Positions 1-8,959 of a stretch of 64,000 bases of DNA are shown piece by piece (the first letter of the stretch is position 1; every line of letters begins with the position of its first letter). A program made the translations under genes and the position numbers. The notes under the pieces were generated by a model that worked only from the letters and a program-made list of their open reading frames with translations, was not told the origin of the DNA and made no database searches. This DNA comes from Anaerolineae bacterium (GTDB taxonomy: Bacteria; Chloroflexota; Anaerolineae; DRVO01). The DNA lies in contig JAXGMM010000001.1 of NCBI GenBank assembly GCA_040768685.1, positions 1,093,526-1,157,525 of the forward strand, in the 5' to 3' direction.

Positions 1-3000
1 CTTCTACTATCGTCCCCGGGTGGACAAGCCCTTCCTTGCCGCCCACTCCGATGGCCTGATCGTGCTAAGCGGGTGCGGCAGCGGAGAGATGGCGCAGATG
101 GTGAGCGAGGGGCGCGTGGAGGACGCGACCGAGGTGGCGCGATGGTACCGCGAAGTCTTCGGCGACCGGTTCTACGTCGAAGTGCAGTACCACGAGGGCC
201 TCCCCGAGTTGGCCAAAGTCAATCGGGGCCTGGCGGACATCGCTCGCTCGCTGGATATCGGCCTTGTGGCGACCAACGACGTCCACTACGTCAGGCGCGA
301 GCATGCGTCAATCCAAGACGTGCTCCTCTGCGTACAGACGAGCTCCACCGTGGGACAGACTGATCGCATGCGGATGAGCGACGATGGCTACTACCTCAAG
401 AGTCGCGACGAGATGGCGACCATGTTCGGCGAGTTGCCGGAGGCGCTTGACAACACCCTGTCCATCGCCGAGCGCTGCGAGTTCAGCCTCGGCAAGCGCC
501 AGTACCATCTGCCTCAGTTCCCCGTTCCGGACGGCACGGATTCCCAGGCGTACCTTCGCCGGTTGTGCGAGGCGGGGCTGAGCAGGCTGTTCGGTGAGGC
601 ATCCGAGCCCGTACGGCAGCGGCTCGACTACGAGCTGCGCGTCATCCACCAGATGGGCTTCGACGACTACTTCCTGATTGTCTGGGACCTGGTTGACCAG
701 GCGCGTAAGCGCGACATCTGGTGGAACGTCAGGGGATCGGGCGCGGGAAGCATGGTGGCCTACGCATTGGGCATCACTCGTCTCGACCCTCTGCGCCACC
801 AACTCATGTTCGAACGCTTCCTCAACCCGGGCCGCATCACCATGCCCGACATCGACCTTGACCTGCCCGACGACCGCCGCGACGAGATGATCAGTTACGT
901 GACGGCGCGCTATGGCCAGGACAAGGTGGCGCAGATCATCACCTTCGGGACCATGGGCCCGAAAGCGGCCATCCGAGATGCCGGCCGCGCGCTCGACATG
1001 CCGCTCTCTGACATCGATCGCCTGGCGAAACTGGTTCCAGGCGGGCCGAAGGTCAGCCTTTCGGACGCGTTCGAGGTGGCGGAGTTCCGGGAACTGGTGG
1101 ATTCCTCGGCCGAGAACCGGCGCCTTCTTGAGGTGGCGCAGAGACTGGAGGGGATCTCGCGCCACGCCAGTACTCATGCCGCTGGAGTAGTCATCGCGGA
1201 CCGCCCGCTGGTCGAGTATACGCCGCTGCACCGCTCCTCCCACGGTGAGGGCGCCATCACCCAGTACCCCATGGAGGTAGTGGAGGATCTGGGGCTCCTC
1301 AAGGTGGACTTCCTCGGTCTATCCACCCTAACCGCGATGCGGTTGGCCGCCCAACTCATCGAGCAGCGACACGGTGTCCACTATGACCTCGACAGCATCC
1401 CGTTGGGAGATCCGAAGTCCTTCGCTCTCCTCGCGTCTGGTGATGTCACCGGCTTGTTCCAGGTCGAGAGCCCGGGCATGCGCCGGGTCCTGCGCAACCT
1501 GAAGCCGGAGAGCGTAGAGGACATCATGGCCGTCATCGCTCTCTACCGTCCGGGACCGATGAAGTTCATCGATGGCTTCATCGCCTGCCGGCACGGCCGG
1601 AAGTCCGTCGAGTACGTGCATCCCGCCCTGGAGCCTATTCTCGGTGAAACGTTCGGGGTATGCGTGTACCAGGAGCAGATCATCCGAATCCTGACCGATC
1701 TGGCCGGCTATGACAACGGCGAGGCCGATCAGGTGCGCCGGGCTGTCTCCAAGAAGAAGGGGTTCGATCTGCTCAAGCACCGCGGTGGCTTCGTCAAGGG
1801 CGCGATGGAGGTAGGCGGCCTCTCGCGGGAAGCGGCAGAGACGATCTTCGACGCTTTCGAGTCCTTCGCCAACTACGGCTTCAACCGGGCCCACGCCGCC
1901 GACTACGCAGCGGTGACCTGCCAGACGGCATACCTGAAGGCGCACTACCCCGTTGAGTACACTGCCGCCACGCTGACCGTGGAGCGGAGCAACTCGGAGA
2001 AAGTGGCCGGCCTCATCTCGGAGGCCCGCCGGTTGGGCATTCAGGTGCTTCCGCCCGACATCAACCATAGCGCGGTGGAGTTCGCCATCGAAGGGGATTC
2101 CATCCGCTTCGGGCTCGGAGCAGTGAAAAACGTTGGCGAGGGGGCTATCGAGCTTCTTCTGGAGGCGCGTCGCGAGGGAGGCCCCTTTACCAGCCTCGAC
2201 GACCTGGCGTCGCGGGTGGACCTGCGCCAGCTAAGCAAGCGCGTGCTGGAGTGCCTTATCCGCGCCGGAGCGCTGGACTCATTTGGTGAGCGCGGCCGGA
2301 TGCTGGAGACACTCGATAGCTTGGTCGCTGTCAGCCAACAGATCCATCAGGCTAGGCAGGCCGGCCAACTCACGATGTTCGACGTGGCTGCGGGGATGGC
2401 GCCGCCGGCAGCGCACTTCAGTGCCGACACCACCGGTCCCGAGGCCATACCGCTGAAGCAGCGACTGGCCTGGGAGCGGGAGTTGCTTGGCGTCTACCTG
2501 TCCGAGCACCCCCTGTACAAGTGGACCGACACTCTGGCCGACCTGGTCACTCTGTTCACTTCTGAGGTAAACGAGGAGGTGCTGGGCCAATCCGTCACCA
2601 TGGCCGGGGTGGTGCAGGGCGTCCGCCGAATCACTACCAAGAAGGGCGAGGTGATGGGTGTTGTCTCTCTGGAGGACCTGCGCGGTACGGTGGACGTGGT
2701 GGTGTTCCCTCGCACCTGGCGAGACACGGAGTCCTTGTGGCAAGAGGGGAAGATCGTGCTGGTGAGGGGAAAGGTGGATCTCCGGCAGGAGGCTTTCCAG
2801 ATTGTCTGTGAGAGCGCGACTGATGAGATCGTGCGCCCGGAGCTGATGGAGTCAACCGTCGAGGAACCAAGTCCGATGCGCGTGATGGTGGAGATCGCTC
2901 GGTCGTCCGATCCCGAACGGGATGGCGCGTGCCTGCGCCGGCTCTGGGAGCTCGCGGGCTCTGTGCAGGGACGGGACGAGCTATCGGTGCTCGTCCGCGA

Positions 3001-3139
3001 CGGCGAACGCACTACCCTCCGGATAGACTTTCCCAACGCTCGAACTCGGGCGACGGACTCCGTCCTGGGCCAGATTCGCGGCGTTCCGGGAACTGCCCGC
3101 TGCTGGGTGGAGCCGGCTTTCTCAGGAGGACGTCCATAG
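1..3139 (+). CDS. dnaE: DNA polymerase III alpha subunit, 5'-truncated by the window edge (C-terminal ~1039 aa)
   Basis: The translation carries the Pol III alpha core (GFDDYFLIVWD, PDIDLD, SRHASTHAAGVVI, YRPGPM, FNRAHAADYA) and an OB-fold tail. The frame is open to position 1. Confidence 0.95.
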   Translation, partial: FYYRPRVDKPFLAAHSDGLIVLSGCGSGEMAQMVSEGRVEDATEVARWYREVFGDRFYVEVQYHEGLPELAKVNRGLADIARSLDIGLVATNDVHYVRREHASIQDVLLCVQTSSTVGQTDRMRMSDDGYYLKSRDEMATMFGELPEALDNTLSIAERCEFSLGKRQYHLPQFPVPDGTDSQAYLRRLCEAGLSRLFGEASEPVRQRLDYELRVIHQMGFDDYFLIVWDLVDQARKRDIWWNVRGSGAGSMVAYALGITRLDPLRHQLMFERFLNPGRITMPDIDLDLPDDRRDEMISYVTARYGQDKVAQIITFGTMGPKAAIRDAGRALDMPLSDIDRLAKLVPGGPKVSLSDAFEVAEFRELVDSSAENRRLLEVAQRLEGISRHASTHAAGVVIADRPLVEYTPLHRSSHGEGAITQYPMEVVEDLGLLKVDFLGLSTLTAMRLAAQLIEQRHGVHYDLDSIPLGDPKSFALLASGDVTGLFQVESPGMRRVLRNLKPESVEDIMAVIALYRPGPMKFIDGFIACRHGRKSVEYVHPALEPILGETFGVCVYQEQIIRILTDLAGYDNGEADQVRRAVSKKKGFDLLKHRGGFVKGAMEVGGLSREAAETIFDAFESFANYGFNRAHAADYAAVTCQTAYLKAHYPVEYTAATLTVERSNSEKVAGLISEARRLGIQVLPPDINHSAVEFAIEGDSIRFGLGAVKNVGEGAIELLLEARREGGPFTSLDDLASRVDLRQLSKRVLECLIRAGALDSFGERGRMLETLDSLVAVSQQIHQARQAGQLTMFDVAAGMAPPAAHFSADTTGPEAIPLKQRLAWERELLGVYLSEHPLYKWTDTLADLVTLFTSEVNEEVLGQSVTMAGVVQGVRRITTKKGEVMGVVSLEDLRGTVDVVVFPRTWRDTESLWQEGKIVLVRGKVDLRQEAFQIVCESATDEIVRPELMESTVEEPSPMRVMVEIARSSDPERDGACLRRLWELAGSVQGRDELSVLVRDGERTTLRIDFPNARTRATDSVLGQIRGVPGTARCWVEPAFSGGRP

Positions 3140-3621
3140 TGGCCAAGAGATCCAAGTCCATCGACCGCGTAGAGCGAGTCCTGGCTGAACTTGGGGTGCA
3201 GGCGGCTCCCATCGAGCTCGATCAGAGCACTCGCACGGCCCAGTTGGCGGCAGACGCCCTCGGCGTACCGCTGGGCAGCATCGTTAAGTCGCTGGTCTTC
3301 ATGGCGGAGGGTGGGCCGGTGCTGGCTCTCGTGTCGGGGGACCGCCGCGCCGATACGGCCAAGATCGCGGCGGCCTGCGGCAAGAGCGAAGTCAGGATTG
3401 CCACGGCCGCGGAAGTCCGGGAGTGCACCGGGTTCGCCGTCGGCGGCGTCCCGCCGGTGGCTCACGCCCACCCGATGCCGGTGCTGCTGGACGAGAGCTT
3501 AGCGCGCTTTGAGCTGCTGCACGCGGCGGCCGGCGCTCCCCAAGCCGTGTTCCCGATCACTCCGGCGGAGCTACTCAGGATCACTGGCGCGACTCAGGCG
3601 GACATCGTAGAGGCCGCCTAA
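3139..3621 (+). CDS. YbaK/EbsC-type aminoacyl-tRNA deacylase (prolyl-tRNA editing domain family)
   Basis: YbaK-like sequence (IVKSLVF...LALVSGDRRAD..KIA...GFAVGGVPP). The GTG start at 3139 overlaps the dnaE TAG stop (TAGTG). Confidence 0.75.
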   Translation: MAKRSKSIDRVERVLAELGVQAAPIELDQSTRTAQLAADALGVPLGSIVKSLVFMAEGGPVLALVSGDRRADTAKIAAACGKSEVRIATAAEVRECTGFAVGGVPPVAHAHPMPVLLDESLARFELLHAAAGAPQAVFPITPAELLRITGATQADIVEAA

Positions 3622-3637
3622 CTGGTTCTCGTCCGGC

Positions 3638-5230
3638 CTAGAGCTCGGCCGGCGGCGGCAGCCTCACCATCCGGGCGTGAGCGACGCTCGGTAGCCGGCG
3701 CACCTGCTCGAGATCCGCGATGGTCATGACGTCGTCAATGCCGACGATCATGACGCCTCGACCGCCGCGGGCGCTTCTGCCCACCTGGACGAAGGAGATG
3801 TTGACGTCCCGCTCTCCCAGGAGGGTCCCCATGCGTCCCAGGATGCCGGGCTGCTCCGTGTGCTCGGTGTAGAGCAGGGTGCCCGCCGGCACGAAGCTGA
3901 TCCAGTAATCCTCGATGCGCACTACGTACGGCCGACCATGCATGATCGTCCCCGCCAACTGGTGTTCGCCATCGTCGGTGTTGATCCGCAGCGTCACCAG
4001 CTCGGAGTAAGCGCCCACCGGCGGCGCAGTTGTCTCGCTGACGGAGATGCCTCGCCGTAGCGCCATCAATCGGGCGTTGACCAAGTTAAGCGGTATCTCG
4101 GACACCCCTTCCAGAAGCCCCTGAAGCGCGGCCGCCGTCACCATCGCCGTCTTCATCTCAGCGGCGCGACCTGCATAGCACATCTCCACCGAGACGACGG
4201 GATCGCCAACGATGGCGCCATAAAAGCGTCCCAGGCGTCGGGCCAGGTCGAGGTACGGACCAAGCCGAGCCTGCTCCTCCGCGCTGAGCGCCGGGGCATT
4301 GACCGGATGGGATGGGGGCCTGCCCTCCAGCACATCGAGTACCTGCTCCACGGCCGAAAGAGCCACGCCTCGCTGGGCCTCGCGGGTCATGCCGCCGATG
4401 TGCGGAGTTGCCACCACCTTGGGGTGCCGCAGCAGAGGCGAGTCCGTGGGAGGTTCGTGCTCAAACACGTCCAACCCAGCCCCCGCGATGCGGCCGGAAT
4501 CGAGGGCGCTGAGCAGCGCCGCCTCATCCACCACGTTGCCGCGCGAGCAGTTGACCAGGTAAGCGCCAGGCTTGCACTGGGAGAGCTGGGCTGCGCCCAG
4601 GAGGTGATCGGTCCCCTGGGTGGCGGGTACATGCAGGGAGATGTAGTCGCTCTCTCGCAGCAACTCGTTTAGAGGGACCAGGCGTGCGCCCAGAGACTGG
4701 GCCTGGGAGGGCGCGACGTACGGGTCGTGGGCTAGGACCGTCATGCCAAAGGCTCGCGCCCTTTCGGCAACCCGACCACCGATGCGCCCTAGGCCGACTA
4801 TGCCTAGGGTCTTGCCGTACAGTTCTTCGCCACGGTAGGCGCCCCGCCGCCACTCGCCGCGGCACACGCTGGCGGCGGCACCCAGTAGGCGGCGGCTGAG
4901 CGCCAGCATAAGGGCGAAGACGTGCTCCGCGACGGCGACGGAGTTGCTGTCGGGCGCGTTCACCACCCAAATGCCTCGTTCGGTGGCGGCGTCAAGATCG
5001 ATGTTGTCGACGCCGACCCCGGCGCGGCCGATCACCCGCAGTCGCGGGGCGGCCTCAATCACCTGCCGAGTGATGCGGACGCCGCTACGCACCAAGATGG
5101 CGTCGGCCGCGGCGGCAAGGCTCAGGAGCGCCGCCTCATCACCGCCGGCCAGATGCACCACATCGGTCTTTCCGGCCAGCAGGGCTACGGCCTCGTCGTC
5201 GAGGGTGTCGGTTATGAGTATCCGATTCAC
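3638..5230 (-). CDS. serA: D-3-phosphoglycerate dehydrogenase, long form with a C-terminal ACT region
   Basis: 530 aa with the NAD fold [13 protein letters not shown], the catalytic region ATPHIGG, and a C-terminal regulatory domain. It overlaps the upstream gene by 4 nt. Confidence 0.9.
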   Translation of the reverse strand: MNRILITDTLDDEAVALLAGKTDVVHLAGGDEAALLSLAAAADAILVRSGVRITRQVIEAAPRLRVIGRAGVGVDNIDLDAATERGIWVVNAPDSNSVAVAEHVFALMLALSRRLLGAAASVCRGEWRRGAYRGEELYGKTLGIVGLGRIGGRVAERARAFGMTVLAHDPYVAPSQAQSLGARLVPLNELLRESDYISLHVPATQGTDHLLGAAQLSQCKPGAYLVNCSRGNVVDEAALLSALDSGRIAGAGLDVFEHEPPTDSPLLRHPKVVATPHIGGMTREAQRGVALSAVEQVLDVLEGRPPSHPVNAPALSAEEQARLGPYLDLARRLGRFYGAIVGDPVVSVEMCYAGRAAEMKTAMVTAAALQGLLEGVSEIPLNLVNARLMALRRGISVSETTAPPVGAYSELVTLRINTDDGEHQLAGTIMHGRPYVVRIEDYWISFVPAGTLLYTEHTEQPGILGRMGTLLGERDVNISFVQVGRSARGGRGVMIVGIDDVMTIADLEQVRRLPSVAHARMVRLPPPAEL

Positions 5231-6327
5231 CGCGCTCCCTCCCGAAGCTGTCTGAGTGAGGCCGCGATCGACTCGAGAAGATAGGCCACGTTGTCCTCGC
5301 CTATGTAGCCCATGTGCCCGATGCGAATGATCTTGCCCTTCATCTCGCCCACACCGCCTGCCACTTGAACGCCGTGCTCGCTCTCAAGAAGGCCCGATAG
5401 GGACTCGTACGCGACTCCCTGGGGAAGGTATGCTGCAGTCACTGTGGGCGACTCGTAGCCGGGCGAGGCCAACAGGCGGAAGTCCATGGCCTCCAGCCCA
5501 GCACGAACGCGTCTGGAAAGCCGCAGATGACGCCTCACCACCTCGTCAAATCCTTCGGCCTTGATGAGGCTCAGCGCGGCTTCCAGGCCGTACATGAGCG
5601 AGAGGCCCGGGGTCCAGGGCGTCTCGCCCCGAATACCGCTGCTTCGGGCAGCGATCAGGTCCAGGTAGTACCGCGGCGTGGAGCACTGCTCGACACGTTG
5701 CCAGGCCCGCTCGGAAAGGGCGATCATCGCCAAGCCGGGCGGGGTCATCCACGCCTTCTGCGATGCGGTCACCACCACGTCAATCCGCAGGCCGTCCATG
5801 TCCAGCGGGACGGCTCCCAGCGAGCTGACGCCGTCCAGAAGCAGGAGCGGGCGTTCCTGGGAGCGGTCCACCGCGGCGGCGATGTCGGCTATCGGATTGA
5901 GGACCCCAGTGCTCGTCTCGCAGTGGGTAACAAGGACAGCGCGATAGCTTCGCTCGGACAGTCGTTGCGCCACCATCGTCGGGTCCACGGGACAGCCCGG
6001 TTGCGAGCGAAGGAAGTCGACCGTAGCCCCGTACCGAGCGGCGATCGACGCGAAGCGCTCCCCGAAGAAGCCGGTCGATAGGGACAAGACGTGGTCGCCC
6101 GGTTCCACCATGTTGACGACGGCTGCTTCCAGACCACCGGTGCCCGAAGTGGTCAGCAGAAGCACCTGCTGCTCTGTACCCAGAAGCGGCCTGATGGTCT
6201 GGTCCAAGCGGTGGAGGAGGCCACGGAACGCCTGGCTGCGGTGGCTCACCATAGGGGTAGAGAGGGCCGCCCGTACCTCGGGAGGCAGGGGCGTCGGGCC
6301 TGGTACGCGTACCTCGATCTGCTCCAT
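5227..6327 (-). CDS. Class-V pyridoxal-phosphate aminotransferase (phosphoserine / serine-glyoxylate aminotransferase family)
   Basis: 366 aa with a class-V fold and a PLP-lysine context (VVTASQKAW). AAGGA sits upstream of the ATG, and the 3' end is coupled to serA. Confidence 0.8.
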   Translation of the reverse strand: MEQIEVRVPGPTPLPPEVRAALSTPMVSHRSQAFRGLLHRLDQTIRPLLGTEQQVLLLTTSGTGGLEAAVVNMVEPGDHVLSLSTGFFGERFASIAARYGATVDFLRSQPGCPVDPTMVAQRLSERSYRAVLVTHCETSTGVLNPIADIAAAVDRSQERPLLLLDGVSSLGAVPLDMDGLRIDVVVTASQKAWMTPPGLAMIALSERAWQRVEQCSTPRYYLDLIAARSSGIRGETPWTPGLSLMYGLEAALSLIKAEGFDEVVRRHLRLSRRVRAGLEAMDFRLLASPGYESPTVTAAYLPQGVAYESLSGLLESEHGVQVAGGVGEMKGKIIRIGHMGYIGEDNVAYLLESIAASLRQLREGAR

Positions 6328-6355
6328 GCAACCGTCCTTGGGTGAGTAGGGATGA

Positions 6356-6379
6356 GGCCGGGTCGACGCTGACCCGGCC
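6356..6379 (-). other. Intercistronic GC hairpin between trpB2 and the aminotransferase gene
   Basis: GGCCGGGTC / GACCCGGCC form a 9-bp stem with a 6-nt loop. There is no U tract on the transcribed strand. Confidence 0.4.
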
Positions 6380-6386
6380 GTCAGTG

Positions 6387-7748
6387 TCAGTCTACGACCG
6401 GCAGCGTGGCCAGCGACTGCGCGATGGTCTCCTGCTGGCTGGACGAGTCTTCCAGTTTGCCGCTGAGGTAGTTGTCATAAGCGGCCATGTCGAAGTGGCC
6501 GTTGCCGCTGAGGTTGAAGAGAATGCACTTCTCCTCACCCGTTTCCTTGGCCTTCAGGGCCTCGTCGATGGCCGCCCGAATGGCGTGGGAAGACTCGGGG
6601 GCGGGCACAATGCCCTCAGTGCGGGCGAACATGGCGGCCGCTTCGAACACAGAGGCTTGCGTCACAGCGCGCCCCTCTATGATGCCGGCATTCACGAGCG
6701 CACTGACCTGGGTCGCCATGCCATGGTAACGGAGACCGCCAGCGTGAATACCCGAGGGAACGAAGTTGTGCCCCAAGGTCATCATCTTCAGTAGCGGCGT
6801 GTGCCCACTGACGTCTCCGAAGTCGTAGGCATAGACGCCCTTGGTGAGTGTAGGGCAGGCGGTGGGCTCTACGGCGATGAACTGCGTGTCAAGGTCGCGC
6901 TGGAGCTTCTCGCGGATGAAGGGGAACGCTATGCCGCCGAAGTTGGAGCCGCCGCCGACGCAACCGATGACCACGTCCGGGTAGTCCCCGATGATCTGCA
7001 TCGCCTTGAGGCACTCCTCACCGATGACAGTCTGGTGAAGCAGCACATGGTTGAGGACGCTGCCGAGGGAGTACCTGGCGTCAGGGTCTTGGGCCGCAAC
7101 CTCCACCGCTTCGCTGATAGCCATGGCCAATGAGCCCGTGGTGTTCGGGTCGCGCCGAAGTGCAGCCCGCCCAGCCTCGGTGGTGTCGCTCGGGCTCGCC
7201 ATCACGCTCGCACCCCACAGCTGCATGAGCGAGCGGCGGTAAGGCTTCTGGTGGTAGCTCACCTTGACCATCCAGACCCGGCACTCCAGCCCAAACAGCT
7301 GGCAGGCAAACGCGAGCGCGCAGCCCCACTGGCCGGCGCCAGTCTCAGTGGTCAGGGTGCGGACGCCTTCCATCTTGTTGTAGTAGGCCTGCGCCACGGC
7401 CGTGTTCGGCTTGTGGCTGCCGGCCGGGCTCACACCCTCGTTCTTGTAGTAGATTCGGGCCGGCGTTCCGAGAGCCTTCTCGAGGTTGATGGCGCGGTGG
7501 AGCGGAGACGGCCTCCAGATGCGGAGAATGTCCCGCACCGCGCCGGGGATCTCGATGTAGCGCTCGGTGCTGGCTTCTTGCTGAATAAGGGCCATGGGGA
7601 ACAGCGGCGCCAGGTCCTGAGGACCGAGCGGCTGATGCGTCGCCGGGTGGAGAGGTGGGGACACTTCCACCGGCATGTCGGCCATGATGTTGTACCAGGC
7701 GTGCGGGAGTTCCGATTCGCTGAGCAGGATCTTGTGGTCGTCGGCCAT
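6387..7748 (-). CDS. trpB: Stand-alone tryptophan synthase beta-like protein, TrpB2 type
   Basis: N-terminal extension typical of TrpB2, PLP-lysine motif [11 protein letters not shown], and GGGSNFGG. The ATG at 7748 follows GGAGGAGG. No trpA is adjacent. Confidence 0.88.
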   Translation of the reverse strand: MADDHKILLSESELPHAWYNIMADMPVEVSPPLHPATHQPLGPQDLAPLFPMALIQQEASTERYIEIPGAVRDILRIWRPSPLHRAINLEKALGTPARIYYKNEGVSPAGSHKPNTAVAQAYYNKMEGVRTLTTETGAGQWGCALAFACQLFGLECRVWMVKVSYHQKPYRRSLMQLWGASVMASPSDTTEAGRAALRRDPNTTGSLAMAISEAVEVAAQDPDARYSLGSVLNHVLLHQTVIGEECLKAMQIIGDYPDVVIGCVGGGSNFGGIAFPFIREKLQRDLDTQFIAVEPTACPTLTKGVYAYDFGDVSGHTPLLKMMTLGHNFVPSGIHAGGLRYHGMATQVSALVNAGIIEGRAVTQASVFEAAAMFARTEGIVPAPESSHAIRAAIDEALKAKETGEEKCILFNLSGNGHFDMAAYDNYLSGKLEDSSSQQETIAQSLATLPVVD

Positions 7749-7805
7749 GTCAACCTCCTCCAATGTGTTGGGCCAGAGGCCCTGAAGGGACATCGTCGTC
7801 CCGCT

Positions 7806-8094
7806 GGAAATAAAAAAACACCCTTGTCCCCCAGGGACGAGAGTGTTCCTCCCGCGGTGCCACCCCGCTTAGATCGACTCGGCGATCTCCGCTCATCCAC
7901 CGGCAATCACCGGCGGAGCCCGCTAACGAGGGCCAACCGACGTTTCCTACTCGCGTACGGCTTTCGGTACGTAGCTCACAGGTCCATTCTGCGGTGCTCT
8001 TCAGCACCCGGCTCTCACCTTACCCGGGCTCTCTTAGCTGGGCAGCTCCGCCTACTAGTCCTGGTCAGCGCTTCTGCATGCGTATTCGATTGTG
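7806..8094 (-). promoter_or_regulatory. T-box riboswitch leader, tryptophan-specific (UGG specifier)
   Basis: The minus strand shows an AGAGAG GA-motif and a specifier context GAA-UGG-A (UGG at 7986-7984). The T-box core is GGGGUGGCACCGCGGG (7866-7851), followed by a terminator and U-run just upstream of trpB2. Confidence 0.85.
7812..7845 (-). terminator. Intrinsic terminator of the T-box leader
   Basis: On the minus strand, CACUCUCGUCCC-UGG-GGGACAAGGGUG is followed by UUUUUUU. The 5' arm overlaps the T-box antiterminator region. Confidence 0.8.
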
Positions 8095-8100
8095 AGAGCA

Positions 8101-8129
8101 AGTATAGGCGCCAGACTCGGCGCTGTCAA
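8101..8129 (-). promoter_or_regulatory. Sigma-70-type promoter of the T-box/trpB2 transcript
   Basis: Minus strand TTGACA (8129-8124), a 17-nt spacer, then TATACT (8106-8101). Confidence 0.6.
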
Positions 8130-8149
8130 GAAGCGGACTTGACCTATCA

Positions 8150-8320
8150 GGGTCTTTCGATTCTCGGTGAGCACGCCGCCGAGCGGGTGTCTGGAGACGG
8201 CGGCCACGGGTGCGGCTACTACGTAGGGCGCCCAGTAAACGTAGGGTCTGGCCCCGTGCCGGCCCCCTGGCGGGCGAACCACTAGGTACTACGCCAGTGA
8301 GCGGCAGAATCGAAGAACCC
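8150..8320 (+). repeat. MITE-like structured repeat, copy 1 (short form, ~171 bp)
   Basis: The termini GGGTCTTTCGATTCT... and ...AGAATCGAAGAACCC are inverted repeats. Both arms align to the copies at 10941-11166 and 16152-16473. Confidence 0.8.
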
Positions 8321-8584
8321 TGCCCGAAAGGCTCGCCGCCCTCACCTCCGACTCCTCTCCCCGGAGGAGACGAGGAAAGCCCGAGGTTCCCGGATCGGCG
8401 ATTGTTCACTGGCGCACGGCCAAAAGACGACTTACTCCCGGGCTTCCTCGGTGAGGAGATTGGCGGCGGCGATGCGCCCGATGCAGACGGTCGAAGCCGC
8501 AGCTCTGCCGCTACGGGGATAGTTGGGACCGATGGAACCTCCGGCCAGCCTCGCACCGTCATATAGGCGAGGAATGACCTCGCC

Positions 8585-8778
8585 GAACACGATGATCGCC
8601 TGCGAGCCGGAACCTAACCCCCCCACCCGTTTCGCTGAGAAGGAAGGGGGCCGGAAGCCGCACCGGCGCCGAAGAGGTCCACCTGGCTGGATCAGTGGGA
8701 ACGGACGGCCCCGTGCCGGCCCTCTGGAGGACCAACCATTGGGTACTACGCCGGCGAGCGGCAGAATCAAGGAACTTC
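8585..8778 (+). repeat. MITE-like structured repeat, copy 2 (right arm and core; left end diverged or truncated, possibly reaching ~8437)
   Basis: GCCTGCGAGCCGGAACCTAACCCCC and ...GGCCCCGTGCCGGCCCTCTGG..CCATTGGGTACTACGCCGGCGAGCGGCAGAATCAAGGAAC align to the other copies. Confidence 0.65.
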
Positions 8779-8798
8779 GGTCTTCTACGCCATAGCAA

Positions 8799-8827
8799 TT
8801 GACGCCAGTTAGGCTTTGGAGTATACT
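8799..8827 (+). promoter_or_regulatory. Sigma-70-type promoter for the secreted propeller gene
   Basis: TTGACG (8799-8804), a 17-nt spacer, then TATACT (8822-8827). It lies about 130 nt upstream of the ATG at 8960. Confidence 0.6.
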
Positions 8828-8959
8828 TACCATGCGATGTGTCTCGCGCCGGGACGGAGTGCCCACGGCGCCGCCGGGCGAGCGAGGCTGTATCCTGATC
8901 GATGGCCGCCGCCGGACTGGCCCACGGCACAGCCGGCTACATAGGACGGAGGTTGGGAC

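Noticed and set aside
8250-8320. Conserved open frame in the right arm of all four repeat copies (..GEPLGTTPASGRIE..), with synonymous-looking Leu codon changes (CTA/TTG/TTA)
   Set aside because: There is no shared start codon or SD, and the frames are embedded in different unrelated shadow ORFs. The codons used (TTA, ACT, AGA) are strongly against the GC3-rich bias of every credible gene here, and non-synonymous differences (V/A, P/S, E/K) are just as frequent. I treat it as nucleotide-level repeat conservation, not a micropeptide.
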